From Patellaria atrata CBS 101060 (taxonomy: Eukaryota): DNA of 64,000 bases. The stretch is taken from contig MU006089.1 of the NCBI GenBank assembly GCA_010093705.1, forward strand, positions 1,490,455-1,554,454, written 5' to 3'. Below, one piece after another: positions 53,281 through 64,000 of this stretch (position 1 is the stretch's first letter; each line of letters starts with the position of its first letter). Both the position numbers and the translations under genes were made by a program. A model generated the notes under the pieces. The model made no database searches. It saw nothing but the letters and a program-made list of their open reading frames with translations, and had not been told where the DNA came from.

Positions 53281-53671
53281 TTTGCTTGAAGCTCAACAAA
53301 GTTGAGAGATCTATTTATGTCAGGAGACTTCCACTCATTATTTCCAGATTCAGGGCATCCCTCACTATATACTTTTCTACCCAATGTTTCGCCGGGATAT
53401 CTTGAGGTTGAAAACAGCGGGAAAATTGGAAATGCCGGCTCCGCGCACGGGCCGATGCCCCACCAAGCTCACTTGTGCCGCCGCCTCGATTGTCTTCGAT
53501 CTGTGAGGTAGGCCGACAGTCGTTCTTCCACAGCACAGCACAAGTCGCAACATCAGCAACGCATACCAAACCCTTCCTCCACCAGAACGCCTTTCTTGAG
53601 ATTATAAACTTCCCACCTATCTCATCAGTACTTCATATATCCACTATCGCTGTCTCGATACCATCGTCGCC

Positions 53672-54382
53672 ATGGCAGGTCAGTAAAGCTCTGTTTCTCA
53701 CTTGTTTGTCTCCCCACAAGGCTAACATGCGCATAGATTTCCAGGAAGTCGCAAGTAAGCAATTCTATCGCGCAAAACGCCTCTATGGTACCTAAAGTCG
53801 TTGGCTGGATGCTTATCCCCGAATCAGAACAGTTCACAGACTTCTACTACAAGCAATTCGATTCGGAGAGGGCATCGCTCGTCGCTCTTTACGTGAGTTC
53901 CTTGAGATAAGTAGTGTGAAAGTATAGACTTATGCTTTCCCAGCGTGACCACTCCATGTTGACCTTCGAAAACGAGGCATTTCAAGGAACCGGAGCCATA
54001 TTAGGCAAACTAACGGTATAGACCCTCTACACTAGCAGTAGACCTGAGGGAAAGGGCACAAGAACTGACAATTTCGTGTCTAGGGACTGCCCTTCGCAAA
54101 GGTCGTACATCAGATTGCAACCTTGGATGCACAGCCTAGTAGCGAGGCCGGTGGGATATTGGTTTTAGTTACTGGAGCCTTACTGGTATGTTGGGAGCTT
54201 TCCTTTAGGATGGGGGAGGTCCATATTTGGTCTCCAATGGATCGGTTAAGTATCATGCTGATATCCACTAGGTGGACGAGGAGGCGAAACCGATGAGCTA
54301 CACACAGACCTTCCAGCTCGTCCCTGCAGACGGAAGCTACTACGTCCTCAACGACATCTTCCGACTTGTATACGCTGGTTGA
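53672..54382 (+). CDS. NTF2: Nuclear transport factor 2; introns ~53679-53737, 53755-53827, 53893-53943, 54016-54083, 54186-54271 (absent from the ORF track)
   Basis: Spliced translation [89 protein letters not shown]. Confidence 0.95.
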
Positions 54383-55150
54383 TTTTCGACCTTTGTTCTT
54401 AATGCGAAATGATCTTCATATTTCATGTTATACTTGGAGCCGCATTGTTGGCGAATTCTGGTCGGCACAATATCTCCCTTAGGCAATATCCGGGCTATTG
54501 TTCTCGCCCTCTTCATAGCTACCGAATAAAATTTATACTCCCTCGAAGTCGGTTGGACCATAACATTCTGAATATTGTCTTTGAAGGAGTTGGATAAAGC
54601 TGGATGATAGTGGCTTGGTTTGATTTAACATCTTCAAAATGTAGACCCAAAACTTTGAACAATCTTGACTTCAATCAACGGAACGGTAATTCGGAGATTT
54701 CTTGAGTGATTCGACACCCCCATGGTATGGAAAGTGCAGCCTTGTAATCGAAGAAGCAGCATTGCTTTGGTTGTGTTATGGCCTAACACTCATGGAAACA
54801 AAGAGCTCCTTGTGTATTAATTCGTGCACGGACCTGCTTGCCGCAACTCCGTATGTCAGACTGCGGCTCAACAGGACTACGTGCGTTGACACGTTTATGA
54901 AGGCAACAACAATTGATTTAAACAAATCATTAAATCACACATCACCATATTGAAATCTTCATCGGTTATTCTAGGAATACTAAACGTCAGCGACCTTCCC
55001 ATTCTCCCTGCGCATCGTCCGTAATCGAAGCTCTCCTTCCACCCAAACCTCCAGCTGAAAGAAATAAACAGCTCGTCCAACGGATCGCAGGAAAGCTGTT
55101 AGCACCTCTATAGCAGACTACCAAAGGATCAATAGCGACTATTAGGAAGA

Positions 55151-55970
55151 ATGACGCTCGCGGAAGAATTCAGATCGAGAAATTTCAGTAAGCTACTGTT
55201 ACAATCTTATTGGAGATGCCAGGTCGCTAACCACAAACAAATTGAAGGTATTTACGGTCAATGGTAAGTACCCTCTTCATATTCAATTACACGCTCGTAC
55301 AATATCTTCAAAATCTCTCCTGCGCAAGATACCCTCTCGGAATTAGTATATATGGTGTACAGGTTGAATTAGAGCTCATCGAAGCTGCGCCGCGGATAGT
55401 TCATAAAACTTCTACACAACCCAAAGTTTTCAGCTTCTTATCTCTAGTGACATTTGAAAGACAATGATAGAGATTAACGGCTTGTAAACGGATATTCGGA
55501 CCTTGCTAACATGCAACGTTCAGGACCGGAGTGCTCTGCATAATCCTATGCTTTGCACTAGGCATCGCAAACATCTTCCACTTCAACATCATCATTCTAT
55601 TCAGCGTGATATGTCTGTGGGTATACCCCGAATTCTCTTCTCCTCCTCAACCGAGCTGACCAAGTCCAGTGTCTGTTCTTTCATCATCCTCTTTATCGAG
55701 ATCCCGCTCTTGCTACGCATCTGTCCAACATCGGCCGGTTTCGATAGTTTCATCCGCAAGTTCGAGACCAACTATATGCGCGCTGCGATCTACCTGGTCA
55801 TGAGCATCATTCAATGGCTCTCGATAATCAAGGACGCTACGAGTCTGATTGCTGCCGCGATCGTGCTACTCCTTGCTGCGATCTTCTATGCGCTTGCTGG
55901 CGTGAAAGGCCAAGGATTCGTTGGTAGTAAGACACTTGGAGGACAGGGTGTTGCTCAGATGATTATCTAA
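55151..55970 (+). CDS. TVP18: Golgi membrane protein Tvp18; introns 55189-55247, 55264-55523, 55617-55669 (16-nt microexon 55248-55263)
   Basis: MTLAEEFRSRNFSIYGQWTGVLC..LGIANIFHF, FIEIPLLLRICPTS, TNYMRAAIY, SKTLGGQGVAQMI. Confidence 0.94.
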
Positions 55971-56399
55971 GATAGATATGAAATGTGTGGCAGTAGAAGA
56001 GACGAAGCGGAAATCCCGTCTTCCATGTTGGTAGTTGGGGTTATCTGGCCGTGTTGTGTAGTGACCACGAGAGAAGCTCAACTTGACCGTTTTGCTTTGC
56101 ATGATTCGAGTTTGGAAGAAGAAGGACGGCAATTATTAGCGGTTTCTACTTTGGGTGGGTTAGAGTGTTCTGGTGTCTATTCGGTGCAAGATATGTTTCA
56201 AATTCTTTTTAAGTTGTATCATTATCGTCGGAGGCGCATATGGATAGGGGATTTCAGATGTTATTCCAAAGAGCGTTTTACCCAGACAAGAATGGATGAA
56301 ATTCAAGTTTCAACATCGGACATAACAGACTCATACCGCTCTTACTTACTCTTACTACTAAGTATTACAAATTCGCGAAAATATTACTACACACTCCTT

Positions 56400-56900
56400 T
56401 TTTGAGACTCCTTACAACACATTAAAACGTTCATACATCTATAATGGATAATATATTTTGTCCGTCCTCTAAGGCAGAATATGAGGTGCATCAACTTCAG
56501 AAGACTCTCACCAATGGAGACCCTCGATACAGATACATGGTAATAGCATTGGCCAACTCCCGAGTCCCGCACACGGCTCTCGAGTTAAGCTTCGCCGATC
56601 GGATCCTCGTCTCGTGGCCACGAGTCGAGCGGGTCCGGGAAAGGCCTCATGCGAGCCTATTCGGTCTGGACTTTTCAGGTTGAGAGGAGAGGGTGTACAA
56701 GGTCGGGGTGCGTTGATTCTGGGTATGTAGGAATGGGAAGGGTATTGTGGTTGATGTAGGGTAGGGGATGGGGATAGGAACGAGTGGTTTTTTCTTCATA
56801 GATGGTCCTTATTAGGTGTGTTATATATGCATATGAGGCATTTTAGGGGTTCGTTGTATAGCCAAAACTTCGAGAACGTGGAGGAGGATGGATGTCTTGG
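56400..56900 (-). pseudogene. Possible decayed gene remnant
   Basis: One minus-strand frame reads protein-like (HPLPYINHNTLPIPTYPESTHPDLVHPLLST*KVQTE*AR..GEA*LESRVRDSG) but is interrupted by several stops. Confidence 0.3.
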
Positions 56901-58208
56901 GTGAGGTGCACTTGGGAGGCGGAAATAACCAATTATTCATCATTAAAAGGGAATATAAAGATAAAAGGAACAGGATCATGCATGAGTCTTGGGTGTTGAA
57001 CGTATCAGCGAGCATTTCCATGGAGTTATCAAGTAGACGACATTTCTGGACCTCAAAACTACCCCACTAGTATCTAGGAATGCGTTGAATAGCATCTTAG
57101 AACCATGATACATTAGGTTGGCCCAAATAAAAGCTTTAGATAACTATGATACGGTAAGAGTAATACAACACATGCTTAATACCTAATAATACCGCAATTG
57201 GCTCTTCCATTTTAGTCGGTATGATAGGAACTAGTAAGAGGAATGACCATCATCGAATACGCATACCCCTCAAACCGTCAACACTGCTGTCATACCGCCT
57301 TTGAAACCTGGATAGAGGTGATCACGATGTCCCTTCGCAACGTCAGTGGACATCAAGACCAATATACTACTCGAGGTAGTGTATAAGAAGGCAATTTCTC
57401 TCAAGCCGAAAGCGAGAATAGCGTGCTGTGAAGCGGTGCTGTCATCCTGTCATTTCGAGCCTCCGAAGCCTGTAGTGGCTCACTCGATTGGCCCGACGTT
57501 CACGATGTTGCAGGTGACAGCAAAATTCAGGAACCGTTCACTCAGTCACGAGGGGGGAACGGGCGCGGGGGTTGTTTTAGTAGTGGCGGTGTTGGTTGCA
57601 TCACGGAACGAAAGAGAAAGAGATGAAAGAGAAGAATCTTCAGAAATTGCAGGCCTCAGCTCTTTTGCTCCTGGACTTTCTTCTGCCCTTGTTCGAAGTA
57701 GGGCTTGCAGGCGTGAGAATGACAGTACGTGCATTCTGCATTTCGAGATCAGTTTGTCGATTATACGCTGGGACAACGGGCTGAGAGACGAAAGAAGAAG
57801 TCCATTCGACGTGGCCACGGACTCCTTCGATCACGAACTGGTCTTCGTACATCTTCTTAAGAAGGTGGGTTTTGAGGTGATGAATTTTTCGCGGACTCCT
57901 TGACGGTTCTGCAGCAGAAGTTGCATATGCCCAGAAAAGATTCGGATAGACAGGAATCAATCGAACCAATGATATAAGACTTGTTAGCAGTTGCTGATCA
58001 TTCATGGGTCAGACTTGCGCCATTCAGATGATTTTCAGATGATAAAGAAGAGGTTAAGGTAGATAACTGGTATTATTAGTGTACTGAAAAGTTACAAAGG
58101 ACTTGGGATTCTTGACCTTTTCAACCATCATCCGATCGGGCTTGGACTCTCGGCTTCTTACTTAAATGCTTAGAACTGCTCCCACCGCCTCGTCACTGAT
58201 CAATTGCT

Positions 58209-58267
58209 GACCTGCAAGACCTGCAAGACCTGCAAGACCTGCAAGACCTGCAAGACCTGCAAGACCT
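58209..58267. repeat. Perfect 9-bp tandem repeat (GACCTGCAA)x6 plus a partial copy
   Basis: gacctgcaa repeated six times, followed by gacct. Confidence 0.97.
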
Positions 58268-58673
58268 CATCATCTCATGAATCTCTAACATACGAACATA
58301 CGAGAATCAACACTTTTCCTTCAGTTTGGCTATTTCCGTGAGTTCTGACCCCTTCCACTTTTCTTCCATGCCCTTGTTAGTTCTGCTGTACGGTCCACCC
58401 TCAGATTTCTCTGCCCTTCAAGCTTTTTGATGAACCGTTGCATCTCCCCACAAGATCTGCACAAAGAGGAATGCAATTCGAGAACCCTTGATAGCGACAT
58501 GCCGTTTATGTGCTGTCCTACATGACCACCATCCCAAGTACCAATCCAGTTGAATGCTTATTTGTTCATTTTGATTGTCGAGCAAGGCTACCTGCAGATG
58601 CTGACTCCAACCCTGTCCATCTAGGTACTACATTTCTTTCCAGCTTTAAAATACAGCTTCCTCTACCTTCAAA

Positions 58674-61600
58674 ATGGCAACCCCTCAAGTTCCTCCTCGT
58701 CCGAATCGTTCTCAGGTAGCGGCCCCGGTTCAGTCATCCGGAATCGCGCTCGATATGCCTCCAATTCCTCCACGTCCCAAGCGCAATGTTAACAGATCTA
58801 TTTCACCGAACCGTCATCACTTTGACCGCTCTCCCCTCAATGATCCCTCCTTCATATATCATCCGAATCAAAAGCGTGGCGATGGCTTGATTCATGGCCA
58901 TAGCAACCTCTCCGTAGCCGATCTTCCAAGACGTCCTCCAAGCGTTACACTTCCCTCGGTAGGGCAAGAAGGCAGTGAATATGCCAATATACATGAGTCC
59001 GATACTGAAAAGGACAGCCCTCCAGAGCAGACTAAGGCCATTTCTAAGGACCTGCCTCTTTATGCTCCGACTGCTTCGTTACCTGTATCCTCAGCTAAGT
59101 CGAGGATCGCTACGGTAACTCGTACCGATTCTGACCAGGCTGCGGCTGCGGGTATCGGGAAGGCTACTGGAGGGTCTGATCAAGGCAAGAAGAAGCGTTC
59201 CGGCTCTTCTGCGGGCAACAGCACTCGTCCACCCTCTCTTTTCAAAGAGGGGGACGATGAACTGGGCATTCCCGAGATTGGCCTACAAGTGCCTATGTAT
59301 AAGAATGCCGGTGATGTTCAAGCTCCAACCCCCGGACCTTACGATCAAAACCGTACTTCTGGCATCGGGTTCTTCAACAACGGTAGTGGGACCAGTGTCC
59401 GTCATCACGGACGTACCAAGAGTGGTAGAGAGGTCTTTGCCGGTCCTCCCGGTAGTTATGGTATGCATGGACATGGGCATGGACATCTTTCTACGGATCC
59501 CTTTGAACAGGCATGGTACGAAAAGCATCCAGATGCGTTCCATAAGGAAAAGCAAGGAGAATACGGCCCTAAAATTTCAGACGGGCGGAAGGATTGGGTC
59601 CTTAGTAGTGATGATCTTAACAAGCTCGTACATAAAGGGCATGGATTGGGTAAGCCGTGGGCAGTACGCCTGCCGCAAACCGTTTCATACTAATTCACAT
59701 TTAGGTACTGCCCCTGAAACCGTCGGTACACCCGATGAGCAGATCGGCTATATAGCATCCGAGCAATTTGCTCAGAGGATTACAACTCCTCGTCCACGAT
59801 CGGGTAGCGTCCAGAAACCTAGATCGAGTAGTACTCATGCAGAATCTCCCCTGAGAGCTTCTTTCTCTGCCAATGAGATGGAACGAAAAGAATCCCGGAC
59901 CAGCAAAGCGGGTTCCGAGTATGCGTTGGAAAGTGAGGTGGAAGATGAAGATGTTATTCATGTTGACCCGCCGTCTCGTCGAACCAGCCTCTATGATCCA
60001 GCTGCTTCTTCCTCCAATCTAGACTTACCCTCCTCAAATACTCCCCTCGAGGGAAGTTGGATTGAGGATAGGAGTTACGGAACCCCTATCCTCGCAGCTG
60101 ACGAAGTTGCAAAGCATCCTCCACCGGAGTTCTTACAACCTGCCGTATCGCCAGAGGAAGCTCGTCGTCCGTATCATCTTGATGGTGAGGCCTCCCCCGG
60201 TTATAGTAGCCAAAGACGATCAAATAGTAGACCCAATAGTCGACCAGGCAGCATCCATGGAGGCACAAATGAGCTTTCTAGGTATCACAGTCACGACGAG
60301 TATAATAGGACTGCCACTCCTCTTCATGATGTTAAGGAATATGAGCCACTTTTTCCAGAAGATGATGAACATCCCAAGAAACCACAGAATGCTGCTGATA
60401 AACTAAAGCGCCCTGAGAACTTCGCTAGGCACCAGTTTCCAAGTCAAGACGTTTGGGAAGATGTTGCACCGAGCTTACAATATACAACAACTGTTGACAG
60501 TCCGCAATTGCCTGACGAAGAGCCTGCGCCAGTTCCTGAAAAGCAGCCTCCTGGGAGGACCTTTGAATCACCCGAAACTGAAGCGGAACGGAAGAACAAC
60601 GTGACAAAAGAAGATAAGGAGAGCTTTTTGTCCGATCATACCAAAAAGTTTGCCAAAGGTCGGTTTAACAAGGATGTCCTTGGTGATATGAAAGGGCGTC
60701 CTGGAATGCAACACAGGTTTCCAAGTCAAGATATCTGGGAAGACGCTCCAGACCATGGACAACTGGTTGCAACTGTCGGCGAAGATGAGGTCACAAGTCC
60801 GCAAAGTTTAATACCCGAAGACACATCTGGGGATACGGAAAGTTATGAGGCTGTACCTTCAGCTAAGGCACTATTAAAACAACCTCCGGTACCAGCTCGC
60901 CCTGCTAAGGAACAGAAAGATACATCACCTACAGAGAAGAAAGCTCCGCATATACCTGGCCGGCCGAAACCCCAAATTCCCACGAGACCCGGTAAAAAGA
61001 CCGTAGAGGGTGAATATGCGAGTGAACCGCCCGCTCCCAAACCGAAACCAACAGTACCAACCAAAATTGGAAGTAAAATAGCATCTCTCAAAGATGGTTT
61101 CATGAAGGATCTGAATAACCGCCTTCAGCTTGGTCCACAAGCTCCCAAATCTCAGGAGCCTGCAAAGGAAGAGCAGGTCGAGGAGAAGGAGAAGACGCCA
61201 CTCTCTGACGCCAGAAAAGGACGCGCAAAGGGACCGCAGAGAAGAAAACCTGCCGCGTCACCTTCCGGCCTCTCGCATGAGTTCAAACCTGTGCCTTCCT
61301 TCTCAATCTCGATGCCACAGACAATCTTCTCGATCAATGAAGAAGGTGAGGTAGAGATACCTACCGATGAGAAGACCCCGATCGCCGAGCGCAAGTCTTT
61401 CGTATCTCGTTCTTCGGAAGAAGATCAACCTGCCCCACCCGCTAACACGATAAACCTACTCACGCCAGAGATGGGACCTGCGGGGAAATCGGATCTACCA
61501 ACCCCGAACTCTGAAAGGAGTGATCCTCTAGCCTCGTCAGGGTTGATCCCGAAGTCTGCTGAGGAGCAAAAGCCTGCGGCTGAGGAGTCGTCATCACCAT

Positions 61601-61806
61601 CCGAAAAGCAGACGGACGAGGCAAGCATTCAGACTGGGGAGTTGAATATTTCGATTCCCCATGAGAAAGGAGAGAAGAAGGATCTGTCGGTATATCTTGA
61701 CGGAAGAGCCGACAAGGAGGGAACGGTTGTCGTGCAGGATGGTGTAGAGCACGTAGGAGATGAGGATGGATTAGGGGGTATCAAGAAGACTGGGAGTGGG
61801 CTGTGA
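58674..61806 (+). CDS. AIM21: Aim21-like actin/capping-protein regulator; intron 59650-59704
   Basis: PQVPPRP N-terminus, GIPEIGLQVPMYKNAGDVQAP, YGTPILAADEV, repeated FPSQDVWED/FPSQDIWED, FMKDLNNRLQLG and a CPI-like LSDARKGRAKGPQRRKP motif. Confidence 0.85.
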
Positions 61807-62408
61807 AGTGAGAATTGGATAAGAGGGACCAATTATTACGGAAAATTTCCACTTGGGTAGGGGTGTTTGGGTGATATTGATAGATGAAAATTCTCCTTAT
61901 TCATTCCTTTTATGTTCAGATTTCTAAGCTCTAATCAAGACTTCATGCAAGTAAGCACTCTATTTACGCCCACCCTATGTCGATTACGCATCTCTATACG
62001 CGTCTTTTGTCATTCGATATTACGCGGACGACTTCCGTGTGTTAGTAAGACTTTGGTGATGCGAAGGTACTCAATTATTCAATTACGGTCCGACGAGAAG
62101 CGAAGGCGGGCGATTCGGGAGACGAGATGCCGATCGAGGGGGTAGAGTGTGGGACAGGGGTAGCTACGTCAGGATAGACCTATATTTACGAGTATCAATC
62201 CCCGGCGTACAACAATTTCCATCTCACGATCATAGTCCTTTACGTTTAATACCTTCCTACTACTCTACACATTCTCCCCATCTATACTGTATCCCTCCTA
62301 TCCATTTGAGCTAGACCTGTCTTCAAACCCAACGCAATCCCGACCCACATAGCTTTTCCACTTATCACCACCTCGAGCAGAAGTATAGACGAAACCAATT
62401 CCTCCACA

Positions 62409-63404
62409 ATGTCCACATTCAAAGTCGAAGACTGGTCCCAAGGACCCCAACTCTCCGAATTAGACCCCCTCCCCTCCCCTTCCGACTTAGAGGTGCAACT
62501 CGACCTCGTCGCCACCGCCCTCCACCCCGTCGTCCGCTCCCGCGCCTCCGGCCAACACTACTCAGCGCGACAGCTCCCCCACACCGTCGGCGTCGACGGC
62601 GTCGGAAGAACGAAAGACGGCGACCTAGTCTACTTCACGACCTTCAGCCAGTCCGGCGGCAGCTTCGCCACCCAGCTCACCGTGCCCAAAGCAAACATCA
62701 CCCCGATCCCGACGGCCCTGCTCCACGAGAGCCGCGAGCACGCCATCGACCTCGTCGCCGAAAACGATCTCAGCGACACGAACGCCGCGGTCAAGGTCGC
62801 CGCAGGCGTCAACCCCGCCATGGCGAGCTACATGGCGATTCGCACGCGCACGACCGCTCTCCCGAAAGGATTCACGGCGCTCATACTCGGCGCGACGAGC
62901 GCGGCGGGGAGAGCCGCCATACACATCGCGCGGCACCTGGGTGCGGGGAAGGTGTTCGGACTCGCGCGGAACCAGGGCGCGTTGGATACGTTGGGTCTCG
63001 ACCGGTCCATCGTGCTTAAGGACCCGGCGGCCGAGACTGAGTTCGGGGATCTGAGGCGCGTGGATCTCGTGCTCGATTTCCTGTACGGGGAGCCCGTCCG
63101 AGCTGTTTTCGCTGCTCTGCCTCCCTTCCGACCTATCCAGTACGTGCAGATTGGCTCTTTGGCTGGTCAGTCTATCGATTTGCCGTCGGCGCTGCTGAGG
63201 GGGAAGGATGTTACGCTTCGAGGGGCGGGGCCGGGGGCTTGGAGGTTCGATCAGTTGCAGGCGGAGTTACCGGGGTTGTTGGAGGCGATGGTGGGGTTGA
63301 AGGGGCCGGAGACGAGGACGGTGAGGTTCGAGATGGTGGAGGAGGAGTGGGGGAAGAAAGAGGGGAGGGAGAGGTTGGTGTTTGTCGGTAATGGGGGCAA
63401 GTAG
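62409..63404 (+). CDS. MDR-superfamily (quinone oxidoreductase-like) NAD(P)H oxidoreductase, intronless and GC-rich
   Basis: ALHPVVRSRASGQHYS..LPHTVGVDGVG, NPAMASY, LILGATSAAG, DLVLDFLYG, YVQIGSLAG, LRGAGPGAW. Confidence 0.88.
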   Translation: MSTFKVEDWSQGPQLSELDPLPSPSDLEVQLDLVATALHPVVRSRASGQHYSARQLPHTVGVDGVGRTKDGDLVYFTTFSQSGGSFATQLTVPKANITPIPTALLHESREHAIDLVAENDLSDTNAAVKVAAGVNPAMASYMAIRTRTTALPKGFTALILGATSAAGRAAIHIARHLGAGKVFGLARNQGALDTLGLDRSIVLKDPAAETEFGDLRRVDLVLDFLYGEPVRAVFAALPPFRPIQYVQIGSLAGQSIDLPSALLRGKDVTLRGAGPGAWRFDQLQAELPGLLEAMVGLKGPETRTVRFEMVEEEWGKKEGRERLVFVGNGGK

Positions 63405-63785
63405 GTCAGAATGAATGAGGAGGGCTCGTTTTGAGGGGAAGGTAGGCTGGGCTTGTGATGGCGTGGTGTAATATTAGCGAAGCTCAATCAGTTGTCACTT
63501 TAAGTGGGCGTATAGGACGAAATAAATTATAGGTGAAAGATGCTAGTTGAGTCAAGAGAAAGAAGACCGACATGTCGGTCATGACTTCGTATAGTTATTA
63601 ATATATATACAACGAATGACAAGCAGTAGCTAGCTTTTGAAGATACTCCAAACCACGCACATATGTTCCAAAGCGCTCAACGCGGAGATCCAGCTCTTAC
63701 CAAAATGATGACTCTCGGCAGCAGCACTCTGTAGAGAATGAGCTCAGCTCGCAGATACACCTGCATGTATCTAAGTGAGGGAAGA

Positions 63786-64000
63786 CTAGACGCATTGAAA
63801 GTAGTACGGGTTCCACTCCTTGCAAGTCGACCCGGCCGCACACGTCTTGGAACCGATATAGTTGATCCCACCACACTGTCCATACTTCGCGACAGCGCCA
63901 GCCACCGGGCTCGGAGCCGGCGCTGTAGTCACCGGCTTCGTGACGAGAGTGGTAGGCTTAGGGGCAACCGGAGCCTTGGAGGTAGTGACAGGAGCAGCGA
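63786..64000 (-). CDS. 3' end (partial) of a probable secreted carbohydrate-active enzyme with Thr/Pro linker and C-terminal CBM1; extends beyond the window
   Basis: Minus frame: [70 protein letters not shown]. This is the canonical CBM1 pattern (QCGG..C..C...NPYYxQC); not in the ORF track. Confidence 0.92.
   Translation of the reverse strand, partial: AAPVTTSKAPVAPKPTTLVTKPVTTAPAPSPVAGAVAKYGQCGGINYIGSKTCAAGSTCKEWNPYYFQCV

Noticed and set aside
57346..58005. Overlapping ORFs on both strands (185 aa +, 121 aa -)
   Set aside because: No family motif and no consistent exon structure, so I cannot support a gene call.

Overview
Gene-dense eukaryotic DNA from a filamentous ascomycete (Pezizomycotina-type short GT-AG introns with CTRAY branch sites). 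There is one 100-N assembly gap. Recognisable genes in order: NOT1, a decayed F-box-like gene, an orphan ORF, a CCDC174-like gene, HOM6, an orphan acidic ORF, YAK1, eIF3c/NIP1, SNF8/VPS22, RPL7 (hosting an intronic box C/D snoRNA of snR39/59 type), a Clg1/Mug80-type cyclin, a fungal 7-TM GPCR, RSC7/NPL6, SCH9, a MaoC/hydratase-2 peroxisomal dehydratase, an orphan ORF, cyclin L, NTF2, TVP18, AIM21, an MDR/quinone oxidoreductase, and the 3' end of a CBM1-bearing gene. I found no intact transposon, tRNA or rRNA. The most unusual signals are at the RNA/translation level. (i) The cyclin has a ~1.2 kb ATG-free upstream region ending in a single uORF that, after splicing, is in frame with the CDS and separated from it only by TAG-CAA. 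(ii) An in-frame TAA cuts the conserved C-terminus and the SRL peroxisomal signal off the dehydratase. (iii) RPL7 intron 1 and TVP18 intron 2 contain strongly paired hairpins. All calls come from reading the sequence and recalling protein families; no searches were run.
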